A DNA stretch of 64,000 bases from contig CAVWWD010000008.1 of the NCBI GenBank assembly GCA_963758635.1, positions 704,001 through 768,000 on the forward strand. The letters are read 5' to 3'. Below, in pieces: positions 44,802-55,747 of this stretch. The notes under the pieces were generated by a model, which saw only the letters and a list, made by a program, of their open reading frames with translations, searched no databases and had not been told where the DNA came from. The position numbers and the translations under genes are program-made. The first letter of the stretch is position 1. Each line of letters opens with the position of its first letter. The DNA is from an uncultured Candidatus Rokubacteria bacterium. Lineage in GTDB: Bacteria > Methylomirabilota > Methylomirabilia > Rokubacteriales > CSP1-6.

Positions 44802-45454
44802 TTCGGGTCTCCCTTTCCTGGTGGGCTACGGGATCTGCATGAGCCTGGTCGACATTGATACCTTCTGCCCCTGGCCTCCTTCCCGACGACGTCATCCACA
44901 ACTCGCGCGCTCGAGCGACGGGCCCGGCGCGCACATGATCGGTCTCCTCGCGGGGCCCGAGGGCCGACCCAGGTTAAGCGCATGCTAGGTGATGCGCGCC
45001 GCCGCCGTCAATCGGGCCCGCTCCGCGAGCATCGCTCCACGGCGCAGGCACGAGTCCACGGCGGCGCGCTCGCCCTTGAGCGGCCTGGCCGCCGAACTCT
45101 CGGGCCTCAAGGCGCACACCTTCGCTTGAAGTGGGGCTGATGCCTCATGCGGCGATCTCCCCTTTGACGGGAAGAGTTCCGACCAGCGCGGAACCCGCCG
45201 GGGTTCTGTGCCTGCGGCTCCAGCGGCGGGGCGGGGTGCGGGGCTGCGGGCGTGATGGCCCGGGGACGGGGGCGTAGGCGTGGGGGAGCCGGAGCCGAGG
45301 GCGCGAGCGCGTTAAAGTTGACTACGCTCCGCGCGACACACGGGTTCGGGCCGGCGTGAGGATGTGAGGAGCTTGATGGCTTTCGCACTGCGGAAGCGTT
45401 AACAGGCGACTCCGGTCGTCATGATGTTCCATCAGACCTGGCGCCTCCGCCGGT

Positions 45455-46050
45455 ATGATCGACCTGGTGCTCGACCATCTGTACCTCATCGTCACGGGCG
45501 CAGGAACCGCGCGCCGGGTCCCTGGAATCCTCCCCCAGTTGGCCCAGCTGGGCCCACGCCTCGTCGTGATCCCCACGCCGAACGCGGCGCGGGTTGTCTC
45601 GGTACGCGAGATGGTGCTTGCCTTGCCGGCCGGGTCGCCCCACCGCGTGGTCGAAAGCTACTTCGACGAGGCGATCCTTCCGAGTCCGCCGTTCGGGCTG
45701 GTGGTGGTGGCGCCTTGCTCATTTAACTCGTTAAACAAGCTGGCCGCCGGCATCGCCGACAACCTGGCGCTGTCGGTCGTCGCCGAGGCGATCGGCCGCG
45801 GCACGCCGGTGATCGTCGCGGTCTCGGTCGGCCGCGGGCCGCGAGAAACGCCAAACGAAGTGTGTCATCGTGTGCGGGGCCGGTGGGGTACGTCGCGTCG
45901 GTCAACGTGCCGCTCTGGAACCACCCGAGGGCACGCGCCTCCGTCGCCGCCGGCGATGTCATCGACCCGGCGCCCGACGGAGACCTCATCACGATGGCGC
46001 CAGACGACGTTCTAATAGAGCGCGTCCGGCGTAGGCTCGCGAGCCCATGA
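45455..46050 (+). pseudogene. HFCD-family flavoprotein disrupted by a 74-bp insertion
   Basis: VAPCSFNSLNKLAAGIADN; VSV|NVPLWNHP rejoins in frame after removing 45830-45903. Confidence 0.75.
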
Positions 46051-46304
46051 TATGTTTCGCCACCCGCAGCCATCACGCCGGAGACAACGTCGATGTTCCG
46101 GCATTCGATGCGGTCTGTCGATTCGCTGCCGCTGCTCAGACCGCTCGAACTTGGGCTAGCCGGTTGACCGCGTGGTCGTCGTCCCAGCAGACGGCGGCCT
46201 CCCATGCGGCGGACGCTTGCGCGGCGATGTCGTGCGCGTCGCCGTCTAGACCGGCGGCGTTGTGGGGCAGCACCAGGTCGAGGTCGGGGACGTCGACGTG
46301 CGAC

Positions 46305-46600
46305 CCCTCGCGCTCCACCGTGGACGGCAAGGACGCCCTGAGGTGCAGACGCTCGGCGAACGCGGTGTGGGTCCACACGAGGATGTCGCCGGCCGCGGGG
46401 AGCCCCCAGAGGGCCTCGTAGGCTCGGGTGCCTCGGCGCAGAGCAGGGGGGGCGTCGTCGGGGACGACCAAGAGCAGATCGTAGTCGCGTCCGGGCCGGC
46501 GGTGCCTCGCGCGTGCGAGCCGAAGAGATAGACGCGCTCGGGCCGGTAGGTCTCGACGAGGCGGCGCGCGATCTCGGCGCGGGTCGGGTCGTCGGCCGCT
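46305..46600 (-). pseudogene. minimal nucleotidyltransferase (MNT antitoxin) fragment
   Basis: YRPERVYLFGSHARG / DYDLLLVV...STVEREG; frameshifted, no HEPN partner. Confidence 0.7.
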
Positions 46601-46964
46601 ACGGTGAGCTGGCCTCGGTCTTCGCGGGATCGATCGCCATAGCAGCGTGATTCTAACTAACAGGCCTCGGCGTCGCAATTCCGGTGCCGCAATAGTGCCA
46701 CTTGCCGGTGTGATTCAAGACCCGCCCAATCACTCTGCCAATTCTGCGATTGCCGGGCAACACCGCATGACGGGTGCTCTATGTCGCTCCCGGCGCGCCT
46801 GCTCCGGACGCGTGCGTCGTTCACGCTGAAGAACGGGACCGTATCCCGTTGGGCTTGCCGCACTGATGCCTTACCTTGCACTCGTGCGTGCCAACGGAGT
46901 AGAAGACGCGTGCTTGGGTGCGCTTCCTGGTGCCGGGTGTGCCATCCTCGGCCGGGCCACGCGC

Positions 46965-48296
46965 TCACGCCGTCCAGAGATCGATCGGCGTCTCCCGCCC
47001 GCGCAAGGAATGCGGGCCCTGCGACATCAGGCCGTCCAGCACGGCGAGATCGGCCCTCTCGCGCCTCACGGCCTCGACGAGCGCCGCGCTGACCACGATC
47101 GTCGCGCCGAGATCGCGCGTCAGCGACTGCAGGCGGCTCGTGACGTTGGTCGTGTCGCCGACGGTCGCGAAGGCCATGCTGCGCTGGCTGCCGATGTCCC
47201 CGGCCACGACCGGCCCGTAGTGCAGGCCGAGGCCCATGCGCATCGGCGCGAGGCCGCCCGCGGTGCGCTCCTCGTTCCACGTCTTCAGTGCCGCGAGCAT
47301 CCCGCGGGCGCACGCGAGAGTGTCCGTGGCGTCGCGCGGGCCGACGTCCGGGACACCGAACGTCGCGAGGAGGGCGTCGCCGATGAACTTCTCCAGGCAG
47401 CCGCCGTGCCGGAAGACTTCCGCTTCCATCCGTCCGTGGAAGTCGCGCAGCATCGCCATCACCTCTTCCGGCGTCATGTCCTCGGCCATCGAGGTGAAGC
47501 CGACGAGATCGGCGAAGAGCACGCCGACGGGCTGACGGCGCACGCGTCCCAGCGGCTCGTCGCGCTCGGCAAGCACCTCCACGACCTTGGGCGAGAAGTA
47601 GCGCGAGAGGTTGCCGCGGGCACGCTCGGCCTCGGCCCGCTCCGTGACGAGGTCGCGCGAGCGCCGCACGAGCAGCGCGAGCCCGACCCCGACCAGCAGG
47701 AACACGACGACCTCCGTCTGGAACTTGAGATGGGACACGTAGTTCGGCAGGAAATAGCGGGCGAGCCGCCCGCCCGCGTCCGCTCCGAGCGGGTCCGTCA
47801 CGATGCCGGGACGTCCCAGGATCCACGCGAAGCCCATCGTCCAGGCGGCGATGCCGCACAGCGTGCTCCACAGCAGGAGCCGCGGCCGGAACGAGAACGC
47901 CATCTGCATGAGCAGGACGAAGAAGTAGAGGAAGCTGGCGAACCGCAGCGGCATCGCCGGCGGGACCGCTCCGGTGGCGAACGGGTTTGGCGCCACGAGC
48001 ACGGCGGCCAGCAGCAGCGAATCCAGGAGGACGAACACGTAGGGTGCCGCTGGCGGGACGATGGCGCGCCAGTAGAGCCAGAGCTGGGCGAGCCCGGTGA
48101 CGAGGAACAACGCGGCCGTGCCCACGACCCACGCGTAGGCCTGCCCGCGCTCCGGGTTGACGACGGCCAGCCACGCAACGACCACGAGGGCGGCTGTCGA
48201 TCGGGCGGCGCTCGCCAGCATGAGCCCGCGACGCTCCTCGGCCGCGAACGCCGCGTCGAGGCGAGCGCGGGCGCCGTGATCGGGCGCCGTGGTCAT
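46965..48296 (-). CDS. membrane-bound class III adenylate/guanylate cyclase
   Basis: TM helices, then LFADLVGFT, KFIGDA, VGDTTNVTSRLQ. Confidence 0.92.
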   Translation of the reverse strand: MTTAPDHGARARLDAAFAAEERRGLMLASAARSTAALVVVAWLAVVNPERGQAYAWVVGTAALFLVTGLAQLWLYWRAIVPPAAPYVFVLLDSLLLAAVLVAPNPFATGAVPPAMPLRFASFLYFFVLLMQMAFSFRPRLLLWSTLCGIAAWTMGFAWILGRPGIVTDPLGADAGGRLARYFLPNYVSHLKFQTEVVVFLLVGVGLALLVRRSRDLVTERAEAERARGNLSRYFSPKVVEVLAERDEPLGRVRRQPVGVLFADLVGFTSMAEDMTPEEVMAMLRDFHGRMEAEVFRHGGCLEKFIGDALLATFGVPDVGPRDATDTLACARGMLAALKTWNEERTAGGLAPMRMGLGLHYGPVVAGDIGSQRSMAFATVGDTTNVTSRLQSLTRDLGATIVVSAALVEAVRRERADLAVLDGLMSQGPHSLRGRETPIDLWTA

Positions 48297-48381
48297 TGGC
48301 TTCGCCCTCCCACGATAGATCGTCCGCGAAGTACGACGACGTCCTGGGTCAGCGGCGGCGTATCGTGCGCGTGGTCTAGCG

Positions 48382-48684
48382 TCAGCCCGCTCGGAGCAGC
48401 GGCTTCGGCAGGCTCGACAGGTGGCGCGCCGCCCGATGGAGGTCGACGGCCTTCTGAGCGTTGAGCCAGAACTCGGGCGAGGTCCGAAACGCGGCGCCCA
48501 GCTTCAAGGCCATTTCCGCGGTGACGGAGGTGCGGCCGTTGATGATGCGGTTGATGACCTTGAGATCACAACCGAGATGACCCGCTAGTTGTCTTTGCGT
48601 CAGGCGAAGGGGAAGCAGGAATTCGTCGCGAAGGATCTCACCCGGAGTGGTGGGCCTTCTGAGCCGAGTCACCTCTCTCATCAT
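48382..48684 (-). CDS. higA: HigA addiction module antitoxin
   Basis: PTTPGEILRDEFL, TAEMALKL, PEFWLNAQ. Confidence 0.9.
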   Translation of the reverse strand: MMREVTRLRRPTTPGEILRDEFLLPLRLTQRQLAGHLGCDLKVINRIINGRTSVTAEMALKLGAAFRTSPEFWLNAQKAVDLHRAARHLSSLPKPLLRAG

Positions 48685-48690
48685 GACTCC

Positions 48691-48780
48691 TCAGTGGTAG
48701 CCGCGGATGTCGACGTCGGTCGGTCCGGAATCGGTCCAGCGGAAGACGACTCGCCATTGGTCGTTGTACCGTGATGCGGT
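48691..48780 (-). pseudogene. higB: higB 3' fragment
   Basis: [24 protein letters not shown] directly upstream of higA. Confidence 0.7.
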
Positions 48781-48841
48781 ATACCGGGTCAACGTATGCG
48801 CAGGGTCCTGAGGTATGGCCACTGAGACGCCTCTGGCGAGA

Positions 48842-50480
48842 CTATCGACGCCCTCGAAGTTGAGCGATGAACATCATGAGCAGTCCCAGCGTCACCAGCG
48901 GCCACGCGTCGGGCGCGGGAACGGACGCCGCGCTGTTCTCGACGCTCGCCACGACGAGGTCGAAGCTGAACCCGCTGCCGGGGTCGTGCCCCGTGGCCGT
49001 GAACAGGAAGTCCAGGTCGAGCTCTGAGGACGAGCCGAGGGCACGGATCGGACCGAACTCGAGGACGTGGTCGTCGAAGAACGCCATCGCCTCGAGCAGG
49101 TTCGTAAAGTCGACCGACAGCAGGGGAGAGCCGTTGCCGAGGATGTCGAAGGAGAGCTGGTCGACGCCCACGCTGGAGGTGATCGGCGTGAGGAGGCCGA
49201 TCCGCAGCTGGCCGTCCAGGGTCGTCAGGTCGACGGAGAGCGCGGCCGACGTGGAATGGTCGGCGGCGGAGCCGTCGCCCGTGGGCGGGTAGAGGCTCCC
49301 AAGGCCGATCCACGCCAGGACGTGGGTGAATGGGCTGCCGAGCTGGAGCCCCGCCACGGCGCTCGGGCTGCCGGCCGCAACCGCGTCGACGGCGTTCCGT
49401 TGCGGATCGCCGACCGCGAACGCCCCTGCCTGCAAGGCGTCCAGCTCTGCGCGGGCGGGCAGCGACCCACCGACCTGGGAGCGTGACGCGACCGCGGTGT
49501 CGCCGTTGGCCGGCGCGTCGACCTGTGTCACGAGGTTGCTCACCGTTCGGTTTCCGCCCACCGCGATCCCCGTCGCCGTCGCGCGCCCGCCCTTGCCGTT
49601 CGAGGTCGCGCTGGAGAGCCCGGCCAGGCCCCCTGACGCGCTGGCGGTCGACGTGGCCTTGCCGGTCGGCGCGAGCCGGGGGCCGGCGTTGGCGGTGGCG
49701 GTGGCGACGGCGACCCCGCGGGCGGTGGCGGTCGAGGTGGTGGTCGCGTCACCGTCCCGTTGCCCGGCGCCGCCTTGCGCGCTGGAGGTCGCGACGGCGG
49801 CCAGCCCACCCACGGCCGTCGCCGTGGCCGTTCCGGAGCCGCCGTTGCCGCGGCTTCCGTCGACGCCCGCCGGCCGCCCGGTGCCCGCCCGGCCGCCGGC
49901 GCCCCCTGCGCCGCCGGTGGCGGTGGCTGCCGCAAGGGGAGATCCGCTCGCCGTCGCGATGGCGTCGCCACCGTTCCGGCCGTCTCCCCCGTTGCCGCCT
50001 CGGCCGACGAGGTTGTTGCCGCCCGCGCCACCGGCGCCTCCCTTTCCACCGATGGCCTGCCCGACGGAGGAAAGCCCTCCCCGGGCGTCGGTCTCGGCGC
50101 TGCCTCCCGTGCCGCCGCGCGCGCCGTTGCCACCGTTGGCGGCCGCGCCGCCCTTTCCGCCATCGCCACCCGTCGCCTCCGCGTTGGCGGTGCCCATGCC
50201 GGCCGCGGTGGCCTCGGCGCGCGCCGACCCGCCGCCCGATCCGATGCCTCCGGCGCCGTTGGTAGCTCCCAGAACGCCGGCAGCCCCCCCGCTCGCTCCG
50301 GCCCCTGCCGTCGCCTGCGCCGTGGCGCTGGACGTGGCACTGACGGCGCGCGCGCGGGCATCCCCCGCGAAGCCTGCGTCGCCTCCCGAGCCAGTCGTGC
50401 TGGCCGCACCGTGAGCGCTTCCTCCATTGCCGCCGGCGCCGGCGCCGCCGCCCGTTGCCGTCGCCGAGGAGACTCCCGCG
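48842..50480 (-). CDS. Gly/Ala-rich surface protein with PEP-CTERM-like sorting signal, N-terminally truncated
   Basis: GGxGGxG / AxAxAxG repeats; C-terminus VPAP, hydrophobic helix, RGRR. Confidence 0.65.
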
Positions 50481-50499
50481 GCCGAAGTACACGTCGTCC

Positions 50500-50784
50500 A
50501 TCCCCTACGGCCTCTGGGTGCATGGGCGCGTCGCGAGCGCGGCCGGGCGCTTCGCCGAGGCGCGCGAGCGCCTCGCCGAGGCGATCGACGGCATGCAGGA
50601 GATCCAGGGCGGCGTCTGGCTCGGCCGAGCCCTCGTCGATCTCGGCCTGGCCGAGATCGCGCTGTCGCTGCCCGAGGCGGCCCGGCAGTCCCTCGATCGC
50701 GCCGCCGCGATCTTCGCCGCCGCCGGCCTCCCCCAGGACGTTGAGCGGACGGCCGGGCTGCGGCAGCGGCTCTGTATCGCGTGA
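50500..50784 (+). pseudogene. TPR-like C-terminal gene fragment
   Basis: helical ARERLAEAIDGMQEI...LGRALVDLG; no credible start. Confidence 0.4.
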
Positions 50785-50867
50785 GAGCGCCCGCCCGGTG
50801 CCGGCGTGCGCCCGTGCTACGGTATGGCGTGCTCGTGCAGCGCATCCCCACCCGAGGAGGCCTTCGC

Positions 50868-51263
50868 ATGCGTCGTATCGTCCGGAGCGCCAGGCTCGCG
50901 AGCGACATCCTGGCCGGCGTGGTCGTGATCATCGGGCTCGCAGGCGGGGCGCGGGCGCAGGAGATCGACCCGAAGTCCGTCCTCGGCGAGTGGCACGGGC
51001 AGTGGGTGCTTGCCTCCCAGCGCGGCGTGAGCGGGCCGTTCTACATGACCATCAAGAAGGTGGAGGATGGAAAGGTCTTCGGCCGGGTCGAGCGGCCGGG
51101 CGCCCGGGTGACGCCGGCGGACTTCGACTTCGTGGGCACGCTGGCCGGCAACGTGCTGAGCTTCGGCAGCGCCGCGAAGTCAGAGTTCATCATCGACGGT
51201 AAGCAGATGCGAGGCTCCATGCTGGGCGCCTCGCGCGTGGAAGTGGAGCTCCAGAAGCGCTGA
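50868..51263 (+). CDS. secreted hypothetical protein
   Basis: GAGGAGG RBS; signal peptide ending ARA-Q; GEWHGQW beta-rich domain. Confidence 0.7.
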   Translation: MRRIVRSARLASDILAGVVVIIGLAGGARAQEIDPKSVLGEWHGQWVLASQRGVSGPFYMTIKKVEDGKVFGRVERPGARVTPADFDFVGTLAGNVLSFGSAAKSEFIIDGKQMRGSMLGASRVEVELQKR

Positions 51264-51317
51264 GCGTTTCGTCGTCCGCGCGTGTCTTGTGCGCGACTAA
51301 CGACGGCGCAGGTCCTG

Positions 51318-53159
51318 ATGAACGACGCCTTTCCGCTCGCGCCCACGCAGCAGGAGATCCTGCTGCACGGGGCGCTGTCCCCGGGGACCGGCGCCTACCT
51401 GCTGCAGTGTCGCTACGACATGCGTGGGCCGATGGACCCCGCTCGGCTGTGGCGGGCCTGGCAGGCGGTGCTTCGCCGGCATGGGATGTTGCGCGCGGCC
51501 TTCGGGCGGCGAGACGGCGAGCTGGCGCAGGCGATCCATGCGGACGTGGAGGTTCCGTGCCAGGCCATCGACCTCCGCGGGCTGTCGTCGCCGGATCAGG
51601 AAGAGCGGCTCCGCGACTACCTCGAGCGCGACCGGTCGGCCGATTTCGACGTGAGCCAACCTCCGCTGATGCGCTTCGCCCTGTTCCGGCTGGGCGAGAC
51701 GCGGCACTGCCTCGCCTGGACCGTTCACCACCTGATCGTCGACGCTCGGGCGCTGACCGTGGTGAACCACGACCTTCTCGCCGCGTACCAGGACAGCTCG
51801 CTCCCGGAAGAGGCGCCCAGCTACCGCGCGTACGTCGACTGGCTCGGCACGCGTGATCCGCACGCGAGCGAAGCGTACTGGCGTGGGCGGCTGGCCGGGG
51901 TCCATGAGCCGACGCCGCTCCCGGGGGCGCCGTTCGGGGTGACGCGGGCCGGACTCGCCCCGGCGCCCAGATGGGCCACGGACGAGCTGCGCGTCCCCGC
52001 GGCGGTCCACACCGAGCTCAGGCGGTTCGCCGCGGCTCACGACGTGACGGTGAACACCTTGCTCCAGGGCGCCTGGGCCATGCTGCTCGCGCGCTACGCC
52101 GGCGAGGGGGAGGTCGTATTCGGGGCGGATCGGGCGTGCCGGCGCTCGGTGCCCGCGGCGCTCGCCAGCGTGGTGGGCCCGCTCGTGAACGTGCTGCCGG
52201 TGCGGGTGGCGGTCCCGCCGGACGCGCCGTTGCTTCCGTGGCTCCGCGAGCTCCGGCAGCAGTGGGTGACGCTGCGCGCTCACGAGCACACCGGCCTGCG
52301 GCGGATCGCGGCGTGGAGCGGCCTGGGCTCGCGCACCGGGCGCGCTGGCGCCCTCGGGAGCGCCGCGGAGGAGGCGTCGCCCGCGCGCCTGTTCGCGAGC
52401 ACGGTGAACTTCGACTCCCGCCCCTATGCCGCCACGTACCGCGTGACCCCGGACCTCACCTGGACCTTCGATTTCCGCGTTGACCCGGCGCAGCCCCTCG
52501 CCCTCTGGGGCTTCGGGGGCGAGGACCTGCTCCTGCGGCTCACCCACGACCGGGCGGTGGGCACCGCCGTGAGCGACCCGCCGGCGCCGCGTGACGACGT
52601 GGCCCAAGGTTGGCTCCGCCATGTCGCCGCGCTCATGCAGGGGATGCTCGCTCGTCCTGAAGGCCGTCTTGCCGCGATCCCCATGCTGGACGAGCGTGAG
52701 CGGCGCGAGGCGGTGCTGAGATGGAATCGTCCGGCAAGCGCGGATCCGCTCCGGGCGCCCCTGGCCCCCGCGGCCTGCTCGGTGGCGACGCTCTTCGAGC
52801 GCCAGGTGGCGCGTACGCCACAGGCGACCGCGCTCGAGTGGGAGGAGGACGGGGGCAGCCAGGTGCGCCGGCTCACCTATGAGCAGGTGAGCCGCCGGGT
52901 CAATCGGCTGGCGATGATCCTCCACGATCGGCTGGCGCATGATCGGCTGGCGGCAGGCCCCGGCGAGGCCGGGGGGACGTGGGAATCAGGGCCGGCCCCC
53001 GTCGGCGTGATGCTCGAACGGGGCCCTGACCTCGTGTGCGCTCTGCTCGCGGCCCTCAAGGCCGGGGCGCCCTTCGTGGCGCTGGACACGCCCTGCACCA
53101 TGTTCGTCGGCCCGGGCGGGTTCTTCAGAGCTGGGAGTCGACCGGCAACAGCCGGATGA
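51318..53159 (+). pseudogene. NRPS fragment: condensation domain plus truncated adenylation domain
   Basis: HHLIVDA, LLQGAWA, LTYEQV (A1), LKAGAPFVALD (A2), then lost. Confidence 0.85.
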
Positions 53160-54748
53160 AGCCAGCGAGGAATCGCTGCAGGAACGTCGCCAACGGATCG
53201 TTGTCGTAGCGCAGCGGCGTTCCCTCGTCGTCAGCGACCCAGGAGAGCTTCCCCGCCGTGTCGAGCTGCAGTCGGAAGCTGGTGTCCGGGTCGACCCCGT
53301 CATTCATGAATGCGATCACCTGCGCGGCGAGCGCCGGGCTTTGCACGTAGAGACCGGCCTCGGTGTTGATGGCGCTCGACCGCGCGTCGAGGTTGAAGCT
53401 GCCGATGAACACGTCCGTGCGGTCGAAGACGATGGCCTTGGTGTGCAGACCCGCTTTGCCGCCGGAGCCGAAGAGCCGTTTGCGCACCGGGCCTGGCTCC
53501 GGGCGCAGCTCGTACAGCTCGATGCCGCCCCGGACCATCGCTTCGCGCCTCTTCGAATATCCGGCGAAAGCGGCGATGACGTTATTGGAGGCGAGGGAGT
53601 TCGTGAGGACGCGGACCCGGACGCCGCGGTCGACCAGCTCCTTCAGCTTGGCGACGCCCCGGTCGAGCGGGATGAAATACGCGGATTCGATCATCAGCTC
53701 GGTCTGCAACCGCTCGAACCGCTGGAACAGCAACGTGTGCATCACGCGTCGGCTCGGGTCGCGGATCGAGGCGGGATCGTCGTACACAGCATGGGCGGGG
53801 GCCCAGACGAAGTCGCGGATGATGGACGAGAGCAGCGACTTGAAGGCGTCTATGTCCTGGTCCAGCGGATGCGGATAGTCCCCCTTCGCGATCAGCTCAC
53901 GCACGCGTTGCACGTGGGCGCGCAGGTCGTCCTCGCCGTACGGCCGGTCGACCAGCGCCGCGATCGGCACGGACCATTCACCGTTCCAGAATCGGTCGAA
54001 GACGTTCGACAGGTCCCGGACCACGGGACCCGACGCGGCCGATGTCGAGGTCTCGGAAGTTGGCCCGGGGGTCCACCTCGAAGTACGCATCACCCATGTT
54101 GCGCCCGCCGACGACCGCCAGCGCGTTGTCCATCACCATGAGCTTGTTGTGCATGCGATGGTTGACGCGATCGAAGTCGACCAGGAACCCGAACAGGTGC
54201 GACCCGCGGTGCGCAAAGGGATTGAACAGGCGGATCTCGATGTTGGGGTGCGCGTCGATCGCAGCGATGCCGGCGTCGCGATCCTTGAGATTGACGTTGT
54301 CGATCAGGACTCGCACCCGGACGCCCCGGTCGGCCGCGCGGATGAGGTGGTCACCCAGGATTCGCCCCGTGGCGTCGGAGTCCCAGAGGAAGTACTGGAC
54401 GTTGAGGGTCTTCTCGGCGAGATCGGCCAGGAGCACGCGGAACGTGAACGCCGGGCGCCCGTGCCGGATGATGGCCAGGCCTGATTCGCCCGGGTGTTGC
54501 GCGGCAAGGTCGGCGAACTCCTTGCCGAGCCTGGTAGTCTCGTGGAGCTGGAACGCCGTCGACTCGGTTCGTGGGTAATCTGTCGGCACGGTCGCACAGC
54601 TCGCGATCAGCAGGACGGCGGCGGCGAGCAGGGCGTGGCGGCGGCGAACGTGGGCGCGCGCGCGGTCGGCTCGCGGGTGTCGCGGTTCGGGCGTGGCCGC
54701 CGTCTCGGGCGCGGGCGGTGACTGCGGTCGATTCGGATGGTCGATCAT
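53125..54748 (-). CDS. phospholipase D / cardiolipin synthase ClsC-like lipoprotein (apparent frameshift ~54040)
   Basis: two HKD motifs (RMHNKLMVMD, LHTKAIVFD); LIASC lipobox. Confidence 0.88.
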
Positions 54749-55104
54749 GGGCTGTCCTCCGTCGCGCGCTCGAGCGCGAAGGGGCCGGTGCTTCGGGACG
54801 CGACCAACGGCCATCATGACGGGAGGATAGTCCACCCAGCCGTCGACCGACAAGCGTACCGTCGGCGTCTTGCCGAAGACTCATGAGACGAAGAGCCATG
54901 AGACGAAGGTCCGATGTCGCGGTAGGCGCCCTGTCTGCTACGCAGAAGGGGGGCGGTGACTCCAGAGCGTCGTCTCGGAGAGGGACTGCAAAGGAAGGAG
55001 GGAAATGGACGCCGGGTCATAGCGCCCTCGCCGCGGCCGGACGCTGAGCGAGCGTTAGAAATCTAATCCTTGGGTTACAGAAGAAGAGAAAGGAAGGTAG
55101 GACG

Positions 55105-55515
55105 ATGAAGGTACGATGCTGGGTAGCTTCTCTCGTTGTGGTGTCGCTCGTCTTGATGAGCGCCGTGGGCACGGTCGGCGCCAAGGACGAGTGGTTCTTG
55201 CTCTCGGAGCAGACGATCAAGGCCTCCGATCCGAGCGTGAGGATCACGGCCGAAAGCGGGAAATGGATCAAGGAGGACGTCAAGGACGTGAAGCTCTCCG
55301 TCGAGGGCGCTGACGTGGAGATCGCGAAGGTCGTTCTCCATTGGAAGAATCGCCGAGACGAGACCATATGGAACGTCGGAACCGTGAAGGCGGGAGGGCA
55401 AACCGCGGCGAAGTCGGCTCCCGGACACGAGGGAACCCTCGGGTCGGTGACGATCAACTACAGAATCCTTGGTGGCGTACAGACCGCCAAGGTCAAGGTG
55501 TGGGGATACGACTAA
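55105..55515 (+). CDS. secreted hypothetical beta-rich protein
   Basis: purine-rich RBS, signal peptide, ends KVKVWG. Confidence 0.7.
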   Translation: MKVRCWVASLVVVSLVLMSAVGTVGAKDEWFLLSEQTIKASDPSVRITAESGKWIKEDVKDVKLSVEGADVEIAKVVLHWKNRRDETIWNVGTVKAGGQTAAKSAPGHEGTLGSVTINYRILGGVQTAKVKVWGYD

Positions 55516-55747
55516 CGGGCAAGCCGGCTAACGGGCAAGCCGGCTGAACGTCTGCCCGCCGGGCCGGTGAGCCTCGATCAACGCGTTCGAGGCCAAGGCG
55601 ATCCGGGGTGAGCTTCGCTGGAATCGAGCGCGGTGGAAGCGTGCAGGTCGATGGGTACGGGCGGCGAGGCCTCGGTAGGCCGGGGCCTCGCCGGCGTCCC
55701 GATGAAAGGCTTCGATCCCTCGCCAGCCGCCCTTCGCTAATGCGGTG

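Larger units (their letters stand above)
39985..55600. mobile_element. decayed genomic island at tRNA-Glu (right boundary uncertain)
   Basis: recombinase remnant, TA fragments, many truncated genes, visibly more A/T-ending codons. Confidence 0.55.

Noticed and set aside
46305..48684. MNT, cyclase and HigA as an anti-phage signalling system
   Set aside because: The MNT is a broken fragment, the cyclase is an ordinary membrane class III enzyme, and no effector is present.
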